64,000 nucleotides of DNA from an uncultured Gemmatimonadales bacterium (GCA_963771275.1 CAVYSW010000009.1:128001-192000), one strand, 5' to 3'; positions 13,200 to 23,707 are shown, counted from the first letter of the stretch. Made by a program: numbers and translations. The notes: generated from the letters alone by a model not told the origin.

Positions 13200-13270
13200 T
13201 CCCCGTTTCCCATTTCCCTTTTCACTTTTCACTTTCGCTTTTCGCTTTTCGCTTTTCGCTCTCCACTGTT
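13200..13270. repeat. Pyrimidine-rich heptamer tandem repeat (TTTTCGC-like)
   Basis: ttttcac/ttttcgc units seen directly. Confidence 0.75.
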
Positions 13271-15033
13271 CACTCGAACCTCACCCGCGGCAGCATCCTG
13301 AACAGTCCCACCCCACCCAACACCGCCCCCCCCGCGCAGAGCACGCCGAGTGCCGTCCGGCCGTAGAGCAGAAACCCGGTCCCGAACAACACGCCGTACA
13401 CCGTGACACAGCCGAGGAACCAGCACGCGAACGCGGCGGCGAGGCTGTCCTGCTCCACGGCCGCGGTGCGCACGACCTTGCGCCACCCGTGGCCGAACGG
13501 CCGGATCCGGTCGTAGAATGTCTGCAGCGTCGCGGTGTCGGCCGGTGCCGTGAGCAGCGTCACGGTGACCCACCCCACGGTGGTGATCGCCACGCCGATC
13601 AACAGCGTCGCCCACGCGTCGAGCGGCGCGAATCCCAGCGCGGTGTGGATGAACTGGAAGTAGATCGCCACGAGGAACGAGATGATCATTCCGGAGATCT
13701 CGCTCCACGCATTGATCCGCCACCAGAACCAGCGCAGCAGGAAGATCAGCCCCGTGCCGGCGCCGATCTGCAGCAGGATCTTGAACGTCTCCAGCGCGCT
13801 CTCGAGCCACAGGGAGAGGGCCGCCGACAGGATCACCAGGACGACGGTCGCCAGCCGTCCGACCGTGACGTAGTGCCGGTCCGAGCGACCGGGCTTGAGG
13901 AATCGCCGGTAGAAATCGTCCACGATGTATGACGATCCCCAGTTGAGGTGGGTCGCGATCGTGGACATGTACGCCGCCGCGAGCGACGCCACCATGAGCC
14001 CGAGCATGCCGTGCGGCAGGAACACCAGCATCGCCGGGTAGCCGAGGTCGTTCCGGATGATCTTGGGATCGAGATGCGGGAACGCCCGCGCGATGCTCGC
14101 AAGATCCGGGTAGACGACGATCGAGGCCAGCGCCACGATCACCCACGGCCACGGCCGGAGCGCGTAGTGGGCGATGTTGAACCACAGGGTCGCCTTCATC
14201 GCGTGCCGCTCGTCCTTGGCCGCGAGCATGCGCTGCGCGATGTAGCCGCCGCCCCCCGGCTCCGCTCCGGGGTACCACGTGCTCCACCACTGCACGGCGA
14301 TCGGGATGACGAACACCGCCAGCGCGGTGTGCCAGTCGCCGAAGTCCGGCAGGAACCCCAGCTTGGGGTGCACCGCCGGGTTGGCCAGCAGGCCCTGGAG
14401 GCCCCCCACGGCGGGATGGTGCAGCGCGTAGAACGCCGCCGCGAACGCCCCGATCATCGCGATCCCGAACTGCAGGAAGTCGGTGACGACGACGCCCCAC
14501 AGGCCGGACGACGCCGCGTAGACCATGGTGCTGCCCGCGGCCACGAGCACGGTCGTGTACTTGTCGAGCCCGAGCAGCACGCCCGCGATCTTGATGGCCG
14601 CGAGCGTGACGCTCGCCATGATCACGACGTTGAAGAACACGCCCAGGTAGAGCGCGCGGAACCCGCGGAGAAACGCGGCCGGCCGCCCGGAGTAGCGCAG
14701 CTCGTAGAAGCCCATGTCCGTGAGCACGCGCGACCGGCGCCACAGCTTGGCGTAGAAGAACACGGTGCACATGCCGGTGAGCAGAAACGCCCACCACAGC
14801 CAGTTCTGGCGCACGCCCCCCGTGCGGACCATGTCGGTCACGAGGTTCGGCGTGTCGGTCGAGAAGGTCGTCGCGACCATGGACGTGCCGAGCAGCCACC
14901 AGGGCAACGACCGGCCGGAGAGGAAGAACTCCTGCATGCCGCTCCCCGCGCGGCGCGTGTACGCGAGCCCGACGGCGATGGAGATCACGCCGTACACGAT
15001 GATCACCATCCAGTCCACCGTCACGAGCTGCAT
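13270..15033 (-). CDS. Sodium:solute symporter (SSS family)
   Basis: EFFLSGRSLPWWLLGTSMVATTFSTDTP, GGGYIAQRMLAAKDE, AAYMST; many TM helices. Confidence 0.92.
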   Translation of the reverse strand: MQLVTVDWMVIIVYGVISIAVGLAYTRRAGSGMQEFFLSGRSLPWWLLGTSMVATTFSTDTPNLVTDMVRTGGVRQNWLWWAFLLTGMCTVFFYAKLWRRSRVLTDMGFYELRYSGRPAAFLRGFRALYLGVFFNVVIMASVTLAAIKIAGVLLGLDKYTTVLVAAGSTMVYAASSGLWGVVVTDFLQFGIAMIGAFAAAFYALHHPAVGGLQGLLANPAVHPKLGFLPDFGDWHTALAVFVIPIAVQWWSTWYPGAEPGGGGYIAQRMLAAKDERHAMKATLWFNIAHYALRPWPWVIVALASIVVYPDLASIARAFPHLDPKIIRNDLGYPAMLVFLPHGMLGLMVASLAAAYMSTIATHLNWGSSYIVDDFYRRFLKPGRSDRHYVTVGRLATVVLVILSAALSLWLESALETFKILLQIGAGTGLIFLLRWFWWRINAWSEISGMIISFLVAIYFQFIHTALGFAPLDAWATLLIGVAITTVGWVTVTLLTAPADTATLQTFYDRIRPFGHGWRKVVRTAAVEQDSLAAAFACWFLGCVTVYGVLFGTGFLLYGRTALGVLCAGGAVLGGVGLFRMLPRVRFE

Positions 15034-15035
15034 GA

Positions 15036-15956
15036 TCAGGCACGCTCCTGGACCGCGCGCACCGGCGCGGCAAGCGGTTCGGGATAGCGGCCGGCCCGCG
15101 TCAGCGCGCCGATGCGCGCGACCACGGCAGCCCGGTCGTCCGGGTAGGTGACGCCCATCCACGCCTCGGCCGTCGGCAGCACGCGCAGCACGATGCGCCC
15201 GGCCGCCACGAGGTCGTTCACGGCGGTGCTGATCAGAAACTCGGCCTTGGCGTCACCGCCCTGGGCGCCGAGAAACGCCGCGAACCCCTCCCGCAGCAGC
15301 GGGAAGATCGCGGGCGTGAAGCCCCAGAGGTTCATCGAGACCACGGCGTCCGGCGCCAGCGTCATTGCGGCGCCCGCCCCGTCGCGCCCCGTGAGCACCC
15401 CGCCCTGCTCGCGCGCCTCGAGCACCTCGGTGACCCGCGTCAGGCACCCGGCGGCATCGGTCTCGCACACCCCGCGCGACACGCCGCCGAACGCGGAGAG
15501 CGTCCCGCGGAGCGCGTACCCGATCAGGGCCTGCTCGCCAGCCGCTTCCGCCCGGCCCAGGTGGCGCGCCAGCGCCGCGTACGCGTCCGCGCCGTAGAAA
15601 TCGTCCGCGTTGCACACCGCGAACGGCCCGCCGACGAGTGCCTCGGCGGCGAGCACGGCGTGCGCCGTGCCCCACGGCTTGACGCGCGCGGGCGCGGCCT
15701 GGGGGACCAGGAACGTCAGCTCCTGATAGGCGTACCGCAGGTCCGTGCCGCGCCAGCGCGGCTCCAGATGGGCCCGGAACTGCGCCTCGAGCTCGCGCCG
15801 GATCACCAGCACCACCCGCCCAAAGCCCGCCCGCAGCGCGTCATGCACGGCGTACTCGAGCAGCGACTCGCCCGCCGGCCCGAGCGGCTCGAGCTGCTTG
15901 AGCCGGCCGTATCGGGTGGATATCCCCGCGGCGAGAATGACGAGCGAAAAGCTCAC
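15036..15956 (-). CDS. Sugar nucleotidyltransferase (NTP_transferase family)
   Basis: GTG start at 15956; LVILAAGISTRYGRLKQ, KPWGTAHAV, NADDFYG, SMNLWGF, WMGVTY. Confidence 0.88.
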   Translation of the reverse strand: MSFSLVILAAGISTRYGRLKQLEPLGPAGESLLEYAVHDALRAGFGRVVLVIRRELEAQFRAHLEPRWRGTDLRYAYQELTFLVPQAAPARVKPWGTAHAVLAAEALVGGPFAVCNADDFYGADAYAALARHLGRAEAAGEQALIGYALRGTLSAFGGVSRGVCETDAAGCLTRVTEVLEAREQGGVLTGRDGAGAAMTLAPDAVVSMNLWGFTPAIFPLLREGFAAFLGAQGGDAKAEFLISTAVNDLVAAGRIVLRVLPTAEAWMGVTYPDDRAAVVARIGALTRAGRYPEPLAAPVRAVQERA

Positions 15957-15967
15957 CGGTAGCCAAG

Positions 15968-16050
15968 AGAACCGGGAACCGGGAACCGGGAACCGCGACA
16001 CCGATCGCGACCCGATTCCACGTTTCCCGTTTCCCCTTTCCCGTTCCCCA
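15968..16050. repeat. Heptamer repeats GGGAACC with inverted TTTCCCG units
   Basis: Seen directly in the intergenic gap. Confidence 0.75.
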
Positions 16051-16051
16051 T

Positions 16052-17581
16052 CTAGTTCGTGGCGGGCGGTTTCGGCTTCCGCGGCACCATCTCGTCGCGA
16101 TTCGCCAGCGCCCACGCCGTCGCCGCGACGACCACGGCGGCCTGCTCGAGGTCGTCGAGCTGCAGGTGGTCGTACACGTCGAGGAACGTGTGATGCGTCT
16201 GGGCGCTGTAGGCGATCGGATCCTGGATGAAGTTGAAGCCGGGGATCCCCGCGGCATCGAACGCCAGGTGGTCGGTCCCGCCGGTGTTGCCGTGCTTCAC
16301 GGCGACCACGCCGAGGTCGCGGAACGGCCAGAGGATCTGCTCGAAGATCGGGATCGCGGCCTCGTTGGACTGATCCCAGATGCCGCGGATCTTGCCCGTA
16401 CCGTTGTCCACGTTGAGGTAGGCGGAGATCTTTGCGTGCATCTCGGGGTGCTTCGCCACCCAGCCGCGCGAGCCCAGCAGGCCCTGCTCCTCCGCGCTCC
16501 ACAGCCCGATCCGGATCGTGCGGCGCGGCTGGAGGCCGAGCGTCTTGAGGATCCGCATCGCCTCCATCATGACCACGACGCCGGCGGCGTCGTCCGCCGC
16601 GCCCGTGCCGAAATGCCACGAATCGAGGTGCCCACCCAGCATGACGTACTCGTCGGCCTTGGCGCCGCCGGGGAGGTCGGCGAGCGTATTGTACGCCTGG
16701 AGATCGCCGGGGAAGAACCGATTCCTCACGTTGAGCTCCAGGCTCACCGGCACGCCGCGCTCGACGTTGCGATACACCTGCGCATACTGCTCCTGCGAGA
16801 CGATCAGCTCGGGCAGCGGCTCGGGGTTCCCGGGATCCCGGCCCGCGGTGTTGCCGCCGCCGGCGAGGATGCCGTACGCCCGCGACGACGGCACGAGCAC
16901 GGCGAGCACGCCTTCGGCGCGGAACAGCCTGTCGGCCGAATCCCGCACCGCCCGCATCTGGCGGAACCGCCCCATCTGTCGCTCACGGTCCGCCGGGTTG
17001 CGAGCCAGCGTCGGCTCGGGTGGCGGGCCGAGCAGATCGTCCAGCGAGGTGCGCGACGCCGGCGCCTCCCACGCCTCGCGGATCGCGGGCCGGGGTTGGA
17101 GCAGGACCACGGTGCCCTTGAGCTTGCCCCGGTACTGCGCCAGGTCCGCGACGCTGTCCACCTTCACCACGACGGCCGTGCCCGTGACCGTCCCCTTGGT
17201 GCTGCCGGTCCAGCCCGTGGGGATCGCCTGGAGTCCCTGCACGTAGGGGGTGAGCATCCGGCCGCTGTAGGCGACGCGCTCCCACCCCTGCCCGAACTCG
17301 CCCCACGGCTCGACCATCACGTTCACGAAGCCCCAGCCGCGCAGCTTGTCGGCCGTCCAGTCGAGCGCGGTCCGCATGGCCGGCGACCCGGTGAGCCGCG
17401 GCCCGATCACGTCGGTGAGGTAGCCGGCGAGGTCGGGGACCTGCGACCGCTGGAGTCCCTCCTCACGGATCTTCTGGACGACGGCCAGATCGACCCGTTC
17501 CTGGGCCACCTGGGCGCGGGCGGACGGCGCGGCGAAACCGACCGCGCCGCACAGCACGATCGCACGAACGTACCGGTGCAT
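16052..17581 (-). CDS. M28 family metallopeptidase (carboxypeptidase Q-like)
   Basis: Signal peptide; IGPRLTGSP, GGHLDSW, GAADDAAG, AEEQGLLGS, GGTDH. Confidence 0.9.
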   Translation of the reverse strand: MHRYVRAIVLCGAVGFAAPSARAQVAQERVDLAVVQKIREEGLQRSQVPDLAGYLTDVIGPRLTGSPAMRTALDWTADKLRGWGFVNVMVEPWGEFGQGWERVAYSGRMLTPYVQGLQAIPTGWTGSTKGTVTGTAVVVKVDSVADLAQYRGKLKGTVVLLQPRPAIREAWEAPASRTSLDDLLGPPPEPTLARNPADRERQMGRFRQMRAVRDSADRLFRAEGVLAVLVPSSRAYGILAGGGNTAGRDPGNPEPLPELIVSQEQYAQVYRNVERGVPVSLELNVRNRFFPGDLQAYNTLADLPGGAKADEYVMLGGHLDSWHFGTGAADDAAGVVVMMEAMRILKTLGLQPRRTIRIGLWSAEEQGLLGSRGWVAKHPEMHAKISAYLNVDNGTGKIRGIWDQSNEAAIPIFEQILWPFRDLGVVAVKHGNTGGTDHLAFDAAGIPGFNFIQDPIAYSAQTHHTFLDVYDHLQLDDLEQAAVVVAATAWALANRDEMVPRKPKPPATN

Positions 17582-17763
17582 GGTGGGTCCTTTCCCGTAT
17601 CCTGCGGAGCGCTGCGGCGGCGGGCCGGACCGCGGGTCCGGCCGATGACCGCGCGAAACATGTCCTGCCGAGGCACGCGCGGCAACCGCGGGCGGAACGC
17701 ACGCGGGGGCCGGATCGCTCCGGCCCCCGAGCCGCGCCCACCAGCCGCGCGGTGCCTTGCGGT

Positions 17764-19869
17764 TCAGCGCCCGCCGAGCAGCTCGTCGGCGAGCGGGCCC
17801 GCGTTGTACACCTTGCGCAGGCCTTCGATGATGCCGCGCACGTCCACCCACACCGAGCGGCTCACCGCCTCGGTGAAGAGGAAGCGGTTCGGCAGCATCT
17901 CGATGTTCCCGTCGAAAATCAGGCCGACGATCTCGCCGTCACGGTTGACCACGGGACTGCCCGAGTTGCCGCCAATGATGTCGTTCGTGGAGACCGCATC
18001 GAGCGGCGTGGCCAGGTTGAGCTTCTCCCGCGCGTCGATCCAGCGGGACGTGAGGTTCCAGGGTTCCTGGCCCGCGAACCCGGCCCAGCGGTCGAACAGG
18101 CCATAGAACGTCGTGTACGGCGCGGCGTCGGTCCCGTTGTACGGGTAGCGCTTGATCTCGCCGTCCGAGATGCGGAGGCTGAACGTCGCGTCCGGCGCGA
18201 CCGAATTGCCGAACACGGCGAGCAGCGCGCGCGCGACGCGGGTGTCCTGCTGCGCCTCGCGATCCTGCAGGTCCGTCACCTTGGCGCTCATCTCGCGCTC
18301 CAGCGGCTCGATCACGCGGGCCAGCGCGATGAATGGGTCCGTCGAGGCGGCGATCGCCGCGGCGCCGCCGTTCACCAGCCGCCCGGCCTCACCCGCCTGT
18401 GTGAGCGACGTGCCCGCCACCATGGCCTGGGCCGCCGCCTCGGGCGTCCGGTTCCCCAGCACGGCGCGCCGGACGGGATCCGTCGCGGGAAGCCCGGCGG
18501 CCATTTGAGCGAAGTACGCGGCGAGCATCCGCTGCTCGAGCTCCTTGTCCACCGCCTCGAGCCCCCCGAGCGTCCGGTCGAGCATGCGCCGGCTGGCATC
18601 CCGGTAGATGCGCGCCCGCTCGCCGTCGGGCTTCGCCATCTCGATCGGGTAGCGCACGATGACGCCCGCCGCCGCCATCAGGCTGGAGCCGAAGGCGTTG
18701 AAGCCGTAGAACCGCCGCTTCACGTCCAGGGCGGCGAGATCACGGCGCATCTGCGCGATCAGGTCCCACGCGGAGCCATACTCCCCCTTGAGCTTGGGAT
18801 CCGCGTCCACCCTGGCGCGGAAGCTCTTCTCCCAGGCCTGCTTCTGCGCCATGAGCTTGGGGTCCAGCAGACCGGACTGGTAGCCCTTGGTGGCCTTCTG
18901 GCTGTTCTCCAGGCCGAACACCGTGTTGCGGAACGCCTTGGCGCGCTCGGGATCGGCGTTGCCGAGCTCGTGCAGCACCGCGATCTGCCGCGCGTACCCG
19001 TCGAGGGTCGCCGGGTACTGCACGTCGCGCAGGTACTCGAGCTGCGCCATCGTGTTCAGCCGTCCGGTCGACCCGGGGTTCCCGACCACGAAGACGAGGT
19101 CGTTCTCCTTCGAGCCGTTCGCGCTCCACCGGAAGTAGTCGGTGTGCACCGGCTGGCCGTTGTCGTAGGCGCGGTAGATGCTCAGGTCCAGGTCGTGGCG
19201 GGGGTACGTGAAGTTGTCCGGGTCGCCGCCGAAAAAGGCCGCCTGGCCCTCGGGCGCGAACACCAGCCGGACGTCGGTATAGCGCCGGAACGTGTAGAGC
19301 TTGAACTGCCCGCCGCGGTACATCGAGACGACCTGACAGTAGAGCCCCAGGCCGGTCGCGGCGCAGCGGTCCTGGATCGCGGTGATCGCCGTGGCGCGCA
19401 GATCGGCCGCCCGCGTGGGCGCGGCGGTCGCGGGCACCGCGGCGTTCACGCTGTCGGTGACGTCCCGGATCGACAACAGCTGGTCGAGCGTGAACCCCTG
19501 ACACGGCCGTTCCTCGTCGCGCGTCCGCGCGTAGAAGCCGTCCGACAGCAGGTCCTCGCCCTCGCGCGTCACGCCCTCGATGCAGCGCCGCGCGCAGTGG
19601 TGATTGGTCAGCACCAGTCCGTCCGCCGACACGAACGAGGCCGTGCAGCCGGGCTGGCGCAAGGCCGACATCCGGACGTGATCGAGCCACTGCGCCGACG
19701 GGCGGAAGTCGTAGCGCTTGGCCCAGTAGTCGAGCGGCGGCACGTCGAACGTCCACATCTTGCCGGTTTCAAGACCTGGATACTCGGTGCGCTGCTGCTG
19801 CGCCGCCACCGGGCGCGCCAGGACGAGCAGGAGCAGGACGCCGAAGAGCCGGGTTGGGAGACGCTTCAT
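17764..19869 (-). CDS. S46 family dipeptidyl-peptidase
   Basis: GKMWTF, GCTASFVSADGLVLTNHHC, FGGDPDNF, PDATFSLR, DIIGGNSGSP. Confidence 0.92.
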   Translation of the reverse strand: MKRLPTRLFGVLLLLVLARPVAAQQQRTEYPGLETGKMWTFDVPPLDYWAKRYDFRPSAQWLDHVRMSALRQPGCTASFVSADGLVLTNHHCARRCIEGVTREGEDLLSDGFYARTRDEERPCQGFTLDQLLSIRDVTDSVNAAVPATAAPTRAADLRATAITAIQDRCAATGLGLYCQVVSMYRGGQFKLYTFRRYTDVRLVFAPEGQAAFFGGDPDNFTYPRHDLDLSIYRAYDNGQPVHTDYFRWSANGSKENDLVFVVGNPGSTGRLNTMAQLEYLRDVQYPATLDGYARQIAVLHELGNADPERAKAFRNTVFGLENSQKATKGYQSGLLDPKLMAQKQAWEKSFRARVDADPKLKGEYGSAWDLIAQMRRDLAALDVKRRFYGFNAFGSSLMAAAGVIVRYPIEMAKPDGERARIYRDASRRMLDRTLGGLEAVDKELEQRMLAAYFAQMAAGLPATDPVRRAVLGNRTPEAAAQAMVAGTSLTQAGEAGRLVNGGAAAIAASTDPFIALARVIEPLEREMSAKVTDLQDREAQQDTRVARALLAVFGNSVAPDATFSLRISDGEIKRYPYNGTDAAPYTTFYGLFDRWAGFAGQEPWNLTSRWIDAREKLNLATPLDAVSTNDIIGGNSGSPVVNRDGEIVGLIFDGNIEMLPNRFLFTEAVSRSVWVDVRGIIEGLRKVYNAGPLADELLGGR

Positions 19870-19999
19870 GGGACTCTTCTCCGTCAGGAAGGGAAAGCGT
19901 AGGTTTTCACGTCAGGCCACTGAGGATCATGGCCCCAGCATATCAAGAGAATCGGTGGGACCGGCAAATACCAGGGGGTGGGAGCACGGGCGCGGCTGA

Positions 20000-20045
20000 C
20001 GGGGAACCGGGAACCGGGAAGCGGGAACCGGGGGCCGGGACCCGG
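20000..20045. repeat. Heptamer repeat GGGAACC
   Basis: Seen directly. Confidence 0.7.
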
Positions 20046-20049
20046 CTGC

Positions 20050-20680
20050 TGTGCGACGTCCACGGGCGGATCACACACGTCTGTCTCGCGCTGCCGACAT
20101 ACCAGTCCGAGACCGTGCCCCGCCTGCTCGTGGACGAGCGCCACGTGGTGCTGGGCCGCTCGGTCGGCACGGGACCGCCGGCGCGTACCGCGGCCCGGAC
20201 CCTGCGGCGCCTGTTCGCGCCCCCCGGTGGCCGGGCAGCGCCCGCACTGTTGCGCGTGCCGGCCCGCTCGCGCCAGCCCAGCTCCCACCAGGACCTCTAC
20301 CTCACGCTCGCGGCACAGCCCGGGGGCCGCCAGTCGCGGCCTCGAGCGCGTGGCCCGGACGATGGCGGCCGCGGGCTACGAGGTCGTGCGCCTGCCCTAC
20401 GCCACGACGCGGCTGCCAGAGGCGCGCAGGGACAGCGTGATCACGTACAACAACGCAATGGTCGAGGTGCGGCCGGGGGCGGGCGGGCGGACCGCGCGGC
20501 GCGTGATTCTCGCGCGGTGCGGTACGGACGGCGGGGCGGACATGGCGGCGTTGGACGACGCCGCCGGTGCGGTGTGGCGCAGCTGGGGTTCGACGTGTGC
20601 TTCGCGGAAGGACCGTTCACCTGGCTCGGCATCTTCGAGGGCAGCGTCCACTGCCTCACCAAGGTGCTCACGCGGGCCGA
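20050..20680 (+). pseudogene. Frameshifted pentein-fold (agmatine/peptidyl-arginine deiminase-like) remnant
   Basis: Motifs across two frames: SHQDLYL (20283), GYEVVRLP...ITYNNAMVE (20440), FEGSVHCLTKVL (catalytic HC at 20649); no start codon found. Confidence 0.55.
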
Positions 20681-20685
20681 ACCCG

Positions 20686-22743
20686 CTACAGCAGCACGTC
20701 GTTCCGGAGCAGCTTCCGGACCCCCCACCACACGGCACCCAGCAGATTCGAGCGGCGGACGGTGATGCGCGCCGGTCCGACGCCCCCGGGGCGGATCCCG
20801 GCCGCCCCGGCGGGGACCCGCACCCGCACCTCGAGGCCCGAGTCCGCCGCGCTTGCCGCCGCGACGGCCGTCACCGGCGCGTCGAGCCAGCGCCGCTCCC
20901 CCACCTCGGACAGGATCGCCGCACGCTGCCCAGCGCGCACCAGGGTGGCGCCCGCCCGCTCGAGCTGGATGCGGAGCTCCAGCGAATCGAGCGCCATCAG
21001 CCGCACCACGGGCTCGCCGGCGTCGTACCGGCGCCCGATCTGCTCCTCGATGCGCGGGCTCACCACGGTCGCGGCCGTGACCGCCCGCAAGGTGAGCGCC
21101 GCGATGCGGTCGGCCAGCACGTCCCGCCGTGCCGTGGCCTCGCCGAGCGCGCGGGCCGTCTGCTCCGCCTGATCGTACCGCCCCCGCGCCTGCGCCACCC
21201 GTACCTCCGCGGCAAGCGAGTCGGCCTGGCGGGCCGCCACGACGGACTCCCCCTCGAGCGCGAAGCTCCGCAGCCGGGCGACCGCCGCGCCGGCGGCCAC
21301 GCGCCCGCTCTCGCCCACGAATACCTGCTCGAGCACCGCGTCGTCGGGCGCGGCCAGGATCGTCTCGCGGGCCGGGCCGGCCGCGTAGCGCCCGGCGACG
21401 CGGATCGGCCAGGGCGTGAGGATCAGCGTCGCCAGGAGCGCCGCGGCGACCCCCGCGGTCCATCGCAGCCCGCGCCGCTCCCGCCACAGCGCGCGGTGCT
21501 CCCGCACCGTCATGACGAGGGCGCGGGCCCACTCGCGCACGCCGCTGCGGAGCAGCGCGCCGATCAGCAGCAGCGCGGCCAGTCCGCCGAGCGCGCCCAT
21601 CGTCCGATTGGCCCAGCCGAACACCGCGCCGGCGATGACGAACAGGATGGTCCCGATATACGCCAGGGACAGCGCGCCGTACACGAAGAACGCGCGCCGC
21701 TCGTAGGCGTCCGCCGGCGGCTCGGGCGTGTTGAGGCGCAGCACGTGCCGCTTGAGCGCCCAGGCGACGTGCCCCAGCGCCCGCTGTCGCAGGTTGGGGA
21801 TCTCGAGATAGTCGCTCAGCGCATAGTAGCCGTCGAGCGGGATCAGCGGGTTCGCGTTCATCAGCACCGTCGTGGCGCCGCCGATCAGCAGCGCCGCGAA
21901 CGCAATGCGCGACACGAGGCTCCCGGGATCCACCAGCACCCAGACGATGGCGGCGAGGCCGGCGATCACCAGCTGGATCCACGACCCCGCCGCCGTCACC
22001 CACAGCCGCTTGCGCAGCTCCGGAAAGGTCCAGGCATCATTCACGTTGCAGTAGAAGGCGGGCTCGAAGTAGATCAGCATCGCGCCCATCTCGTAGACCT
22101 GGCCGCCGAAGTACTTGCAGGTGAAGCCGTGGCCCAGCTCGTGGATCGCGATCACCACCATCCCGGTGCCCCAGAACACGGCGATGTTGGCGGGCGTGAA
22201 GAACTCGAGCGAGTACATCGCGCGCATACCCGCGAAGACCTGGCTGGCGTGGCCGACGAAGATGAGCCCGTAGACCACGAACAGCACGACCGACAGCACG
22301 AGGAACGGCGTCGAGAAGAACCACCGGAGGCGCGGCAGCCAGCGCGTGAAGAACCCGTCGGGGTCCCCCACGGAGAACCGCATGCGCAGCAGGCTGCCCT
22401 GATAGTGCGTGTTGCGTGCCCGCCGTGTGCGCTCGGCGCGCAGCCGCTCGAGCTCGAGCACCGATTTCTCGGCGAGCGACCGCTCCAGCAGCCCGAGCTG
22501 CCGCAGCCGCCGCGCGAACCCCTCCACCGCCGGCTGGGCGATCGGCATGCCCTGCGCGCGCAGGGCCGCCGCGACGTCGCCGCAGGTCGCGTCGCCGGTG
22601 AACTGCTGCATCACCAGCACCTCGAGCGGCTTGAACCGGAAGTACTTCCGGCTCACCGGGTCCTTCACGATGTAGGTGATCGCGCCGCGGTAGCGCTGCT
22701 CGACCAGGGACAGGTCGGACCGAAAGGCCGGGCGGGGCGGCAC
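20686..22743 (-). CDS. PqqD/RRE-like domain + M50 site-2 metalloprotease + HlyD-type membrane-fusion domain
   Basis: N-terminal YIVKDPVSRKYFRF...MQQFTG (wHTH-like), HELGH, NANPLIPLDGYY, C-terminal lipoyl-hairpin/coiled-coil; GTG start adjacent to the upstream stop. Confidence 0.85.
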   Translation of the reverse strand: MPPRPAFRSDLSLVEQRYRGAITYIVKDPVSRKYFRFKPLEVLVMQQFTGDATCGDVAAALRAQGMPIAQPAVEGFARRLRQLGLLERSLAEKSVLELERLRAERTRRARNTHYQGSLLRMRFSVGDPDGFFTRWLPRLRWFFSTPFLVLSVVLFVVYGLIFVGHASQVFAGMRAMYSLEFFTPANIAVFWGTGMVVIAIHELGHGFTCKYFGGQVYEMGAMLIYFEPAFYCNVNDAWTFPELRKRLWVTAAGSWIQLVIAGLAAIVWVLVDPGSLVSRIAFAALLIGGATTVLMNANPLIPLDGYYALSDYLEIPNLRQRALGHVAWALKRHVLRLNTPEPPADAYERRAFFVYGALSLAYIGTILFVIAGAVFGWANRTMGALGGLAALLLIGALLRSGVREWARALVMTVREHRALWRERRGLRWTAGVAAALLATLILTPWPIRVAGRYAAGPARETILAAPDDAVLEQVFVGESGRVAAGAAVARLRSFALEGESVVAARQADSLAAEVRVAQARGRYDQAEQTARALGEATARRDVLADRIAALTLRAVTAATVVSPRIEEQIGRRYDAGEPVVRLMALDSLELRIQLERAGATLVRAGQRAAILSEVGERRWLDAPVTAVAAASAADSGLEVRVRVPAGAAGIRPGGVGPARITVRRSNLLGAVWWGVRKLLRNDVLL

Positions 22744-22744
22744 G

Positions 22745-23707
22745 TCAGGGTCGGACGACGCGCTCGCCGGGGGCGAGCCCCTGCACCACCTCCACCATCC
22801 CACCCGCCAGGGTCGCGCCGAGCGTGACGCGCCGCAGCACGGGCCGGCCGTCCTCCCACACGAGCACCCGGTCGCCGTCGCGCACCGCCGCCGCCGGCAC
22901 GGCGAGCACGCGCCCCGGCTGGGCGCCGAGTCGCACTTCCACGCCCGCGCCCGGCCGCAGACCGGCGCGCGCGTCGAGCTGCAGCACGATCTCCCGCGTG
23001 CCGCTCGCCGGGTCGATCGCGGGAGACGCCCGGATCACCCGCGCCGCCACCTTGCTGCCGTCGAGCGCACGCACCTCCGCCGCGGCCCCCGTCGTCATGC
23101 CCTGCGCCGCCTGCTCCGGCACCTGCACCGCCACGAGGAGCGGCCCCATGGCGCTCACGCGGAGCAGCGTGTCGCCTTCCTGCACGAGCCGGCCGGGCCG
23201 CACCTGGCGCTGCGTCACCATCCCGTCGAACGGCGCCAGGACGCGGGTGAATTCGAACGCCCGGCGGGCGCGGCGCTGCGCGACGTCCGCCAGCCGGTAC
23301 GCGAGCGCCGCGCGCTCGGAATCCGCCGGCGACACCAGGTGGCCGTCGGCCAGCGCCTCGAGCCGCTCGAGGGTCCGTCGGGCGTTGGCGACGTTGGCCT
23401 CGGCCTCATCGACCGCGATCACCTGATCGGTGCTCTCGAGCCGCACGAGCGTGTCACCCGCCCGCACGCGGCTCCCCACGTCCACGTAGACCGATTCCAC
23501 CGCGCCGGTGGCGCGCGCGTGCACGACCGCATCGTGCTCCACGTACAGTTGCCCGCGCAGCGTGACCGGCAGCGTCACGCTGATGCTGTCCACCGCGACC
23601 AGGTTCTCCGGCGAGCCCGTCGCCGCGGGGAGCACCGTTTGGGCCCGCTCGCCGCAGGCGAACGCCCCGAGCAGCAGTCCCGGCAGGGCTGCGCGACGTC
23701 CGATCAT
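22745..23707 (-). CDS. RND/HlyD-type periplasmic adaptor (membrane fusion) lipoprotein
   Basis: Lipobox AFAC; VDVGSRVRAGDTLVRL, VLAPFDGMV, PAIDPASGT, LRPG, EVVQGLAPGERVV. Confidence 0.88.
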   Translation of the reverse strand: MIGRRAALPGLLLGAFACGERAQTVLPAATGSPENLVAVDSISVTLPVTLRGQLYVEHDAVVHARATGAVESVYVDVGSRVRAGDTLVRLESTDQVIAVDEAEANVANARRTLERLEALADGHLVSPADSERAALAYRLADVAQRRARRAFEFTRVLAPFDGMVTQRQVRPGRLVQEGDTLLRVSAMGPLLVAVQVPEQAAQGMTTGAAAEVRALDGSKVAARVIRASPAIDPASGTREIVLQLDARAGLRPGAGVEVRLGAQPGRVLAVPAAAVRDGDRVLVWEDGRPVLRRVTLGATLAGGMVEVVQGLAPGERVVRP

